Shown one piece after another: positions 47,487 to 48,377 of a stretch of 48,377 nucleotides of DNA. A model generated the notes under the pieces. That model was not told the origin of the DNA. It saw only the letters and a program-made list of their open reading frames with translations, and ran no database searches. Every line of letters begins with the position of its first letter. Within the stretch, counting starts at the first letter, position 1. Position numbers and translations under genes: made by a program. Source of the DNA: Eubacteriales bacterium. Lineage in GTDB: Bacteria > Bacillota > Clostridia > Oscillospirales > CAG-272. The stretch is from NCBI GenBank assembly GCA_045658205.1, contig JAZOUM010000004.1, forward strand, positions 1 through 48,377, read 5' to 3'.

Positions 47487-48206
47487 ATGCTTTTATTTTA
47501 CGTAAGACATGGCGATCCTATATATACGCCGGATTCTTTGACACCGTTCGGACATAGACAAGCCGAGGCGGTTGGCAGAATGCTCGCTCAGTATAGAATA
47601 AACGAAGTATACGCTTCTACCTCGAATAGAGCGCAGCTTACGGCAAAGCCTCTTTGCGAGATAATTAAGAAGGATATGACACTCCTTGATTTTGCAAACG
47701 AGATACACGCTTGGCACGAGCTTACCTGCTATTCCGAAAAATTAGCTTGTGATACATGGCTTTTCCACGCTCCGGAGATAAAGGCGCTTTTCCATACGCC
47801 CGAGATTATGGCGCTTGGTCACAAATGGTACGAGCATCCCACTTTTTTGAGTGAATCATTTAAGTGTAAGGATTATCGCGCGGCTATTGAGCGTATACAA
47901 AAGGGTAGCGATGAGTTTCTTGAGTCACTCGGATACCGTCGAGTAAGCGATGGTAAGTACGAGGTTGTCTCCGATAACAATAAAAGAGTAGCAATGTTTG
48001 CTCATCAGGGCTTTGGTCTTGCCTTTTTACCCGCAGTTCTCGGCATTCCTTATCCTATGTTTGCTACGCACTTTGATATCTTCACAACCGGTGTTACTGT
48101 TATAGAGTTCGCTAACGTAGACGGATATGCGTATCCTAAGATCTTGGAGCTTTCGTCCTCGGCTCATCTTTATAAGGATGGTTTGCCTACGAGATATACT
48201 AATTAA
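47487..48206 (+). CDS. Histidine phosphatase family protein
   Basis: RHG motif, LT..G..QA, S...RA..TA, distal AHQG. Confidence 0.88.
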   Translation: MLLFYVRHGDPIYTPDSLTPFGHRQAEAVGRMLAQYRINEVYASTSNRAQLTAKPLCEIIKKDMTLLDFANEIHAWHELTCYSEKLACDTWLFHAPEIKALFHTPEIMALGHKWYEHPTFLSESFKCKDYRAAIERIQKGSDEFLESLGYRRVSDGKYEVVSDNNKRVAMFAHQGFGLAFLPAVLGIPYPMFATHFDIFTTGVTVIEFANVDGYAYPKILELSSSAHLYKDGLPTRYTN

Positions 48207-48230
48207 AATGATTTTATAAATATTTAAGTA

Positions 48231-48259
48231 TTGACAAGCGCAACGTTTTGTGCTAAAAT
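48231..48259 (+). promoter_or_regulatory. Sigma-A promoter
   Basis: TTGACA-17 bp-TAAAAT with extended TGn. Confidence 0.8.
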
Positions 48260-48267
48260 ACTTCATA

Positions 48268-48377
48268 GCCTCACGGAGGAGTAATCGGTTTGACGCGCTA
48301 AAGAGAATGGGCGGTTGGTGTAAGCCCTGCGGTCAATCGGTGAAGGTAGCCGTGTTGTAACCGCGAAGAACGGATCA
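48268..48377 (+). ncRNA. T-box riboswitch leader, Stem I (truncated by window end)
   Basis: AGTA (48280), AGAGA (48302), GGTGTAA (48317) and GAA-specifier loop (48342) in canonical order; closing CACGG/CCGTG pairing. Confidence 0.75.

Overview
Chromosomal window from a low-to-mid-GC Firmicute (Clostridia-like, inferred from gene set and sigma-A promoters). The left 5.4 kb is an intact-looking phage DNA-packaging/head module on the minus strand: small and large terminase, portal, an unknown protein, a 50-aa ORF, scaffold, decoration-like protein and the start of a probable major capsid gene. It begins directly after a host ABC-F gene and two terminators, with no integrase, repressor or replication genes upstream, so it is a candidate gene-transfer-agent-like or domesticated phage module. 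The rest is mostly housekeeping (polar amino-acid ABC transporter, yggS-sepF-yggT-lspA-rluD, mrnC-hisS, ygiQ, pcrA, rsmF, prfB, trmK, dapA, queA, rlmA, ruvX, pncB, ansA, thiI) with scattered glycoside hydrolases. Other notable signals: a circularly permuted family-3 substrate-binding lipoprotein, a cluster of DnaA-box-like 9-mers upstream of pcrA, an 89-bp tandem hairpin repeat array, a related 57-bp REP-like repeat pair, a prfB without the programmed frameshift, and a T-box leader at the right edge. All calls come from reading motifs by eye; no database search was run.
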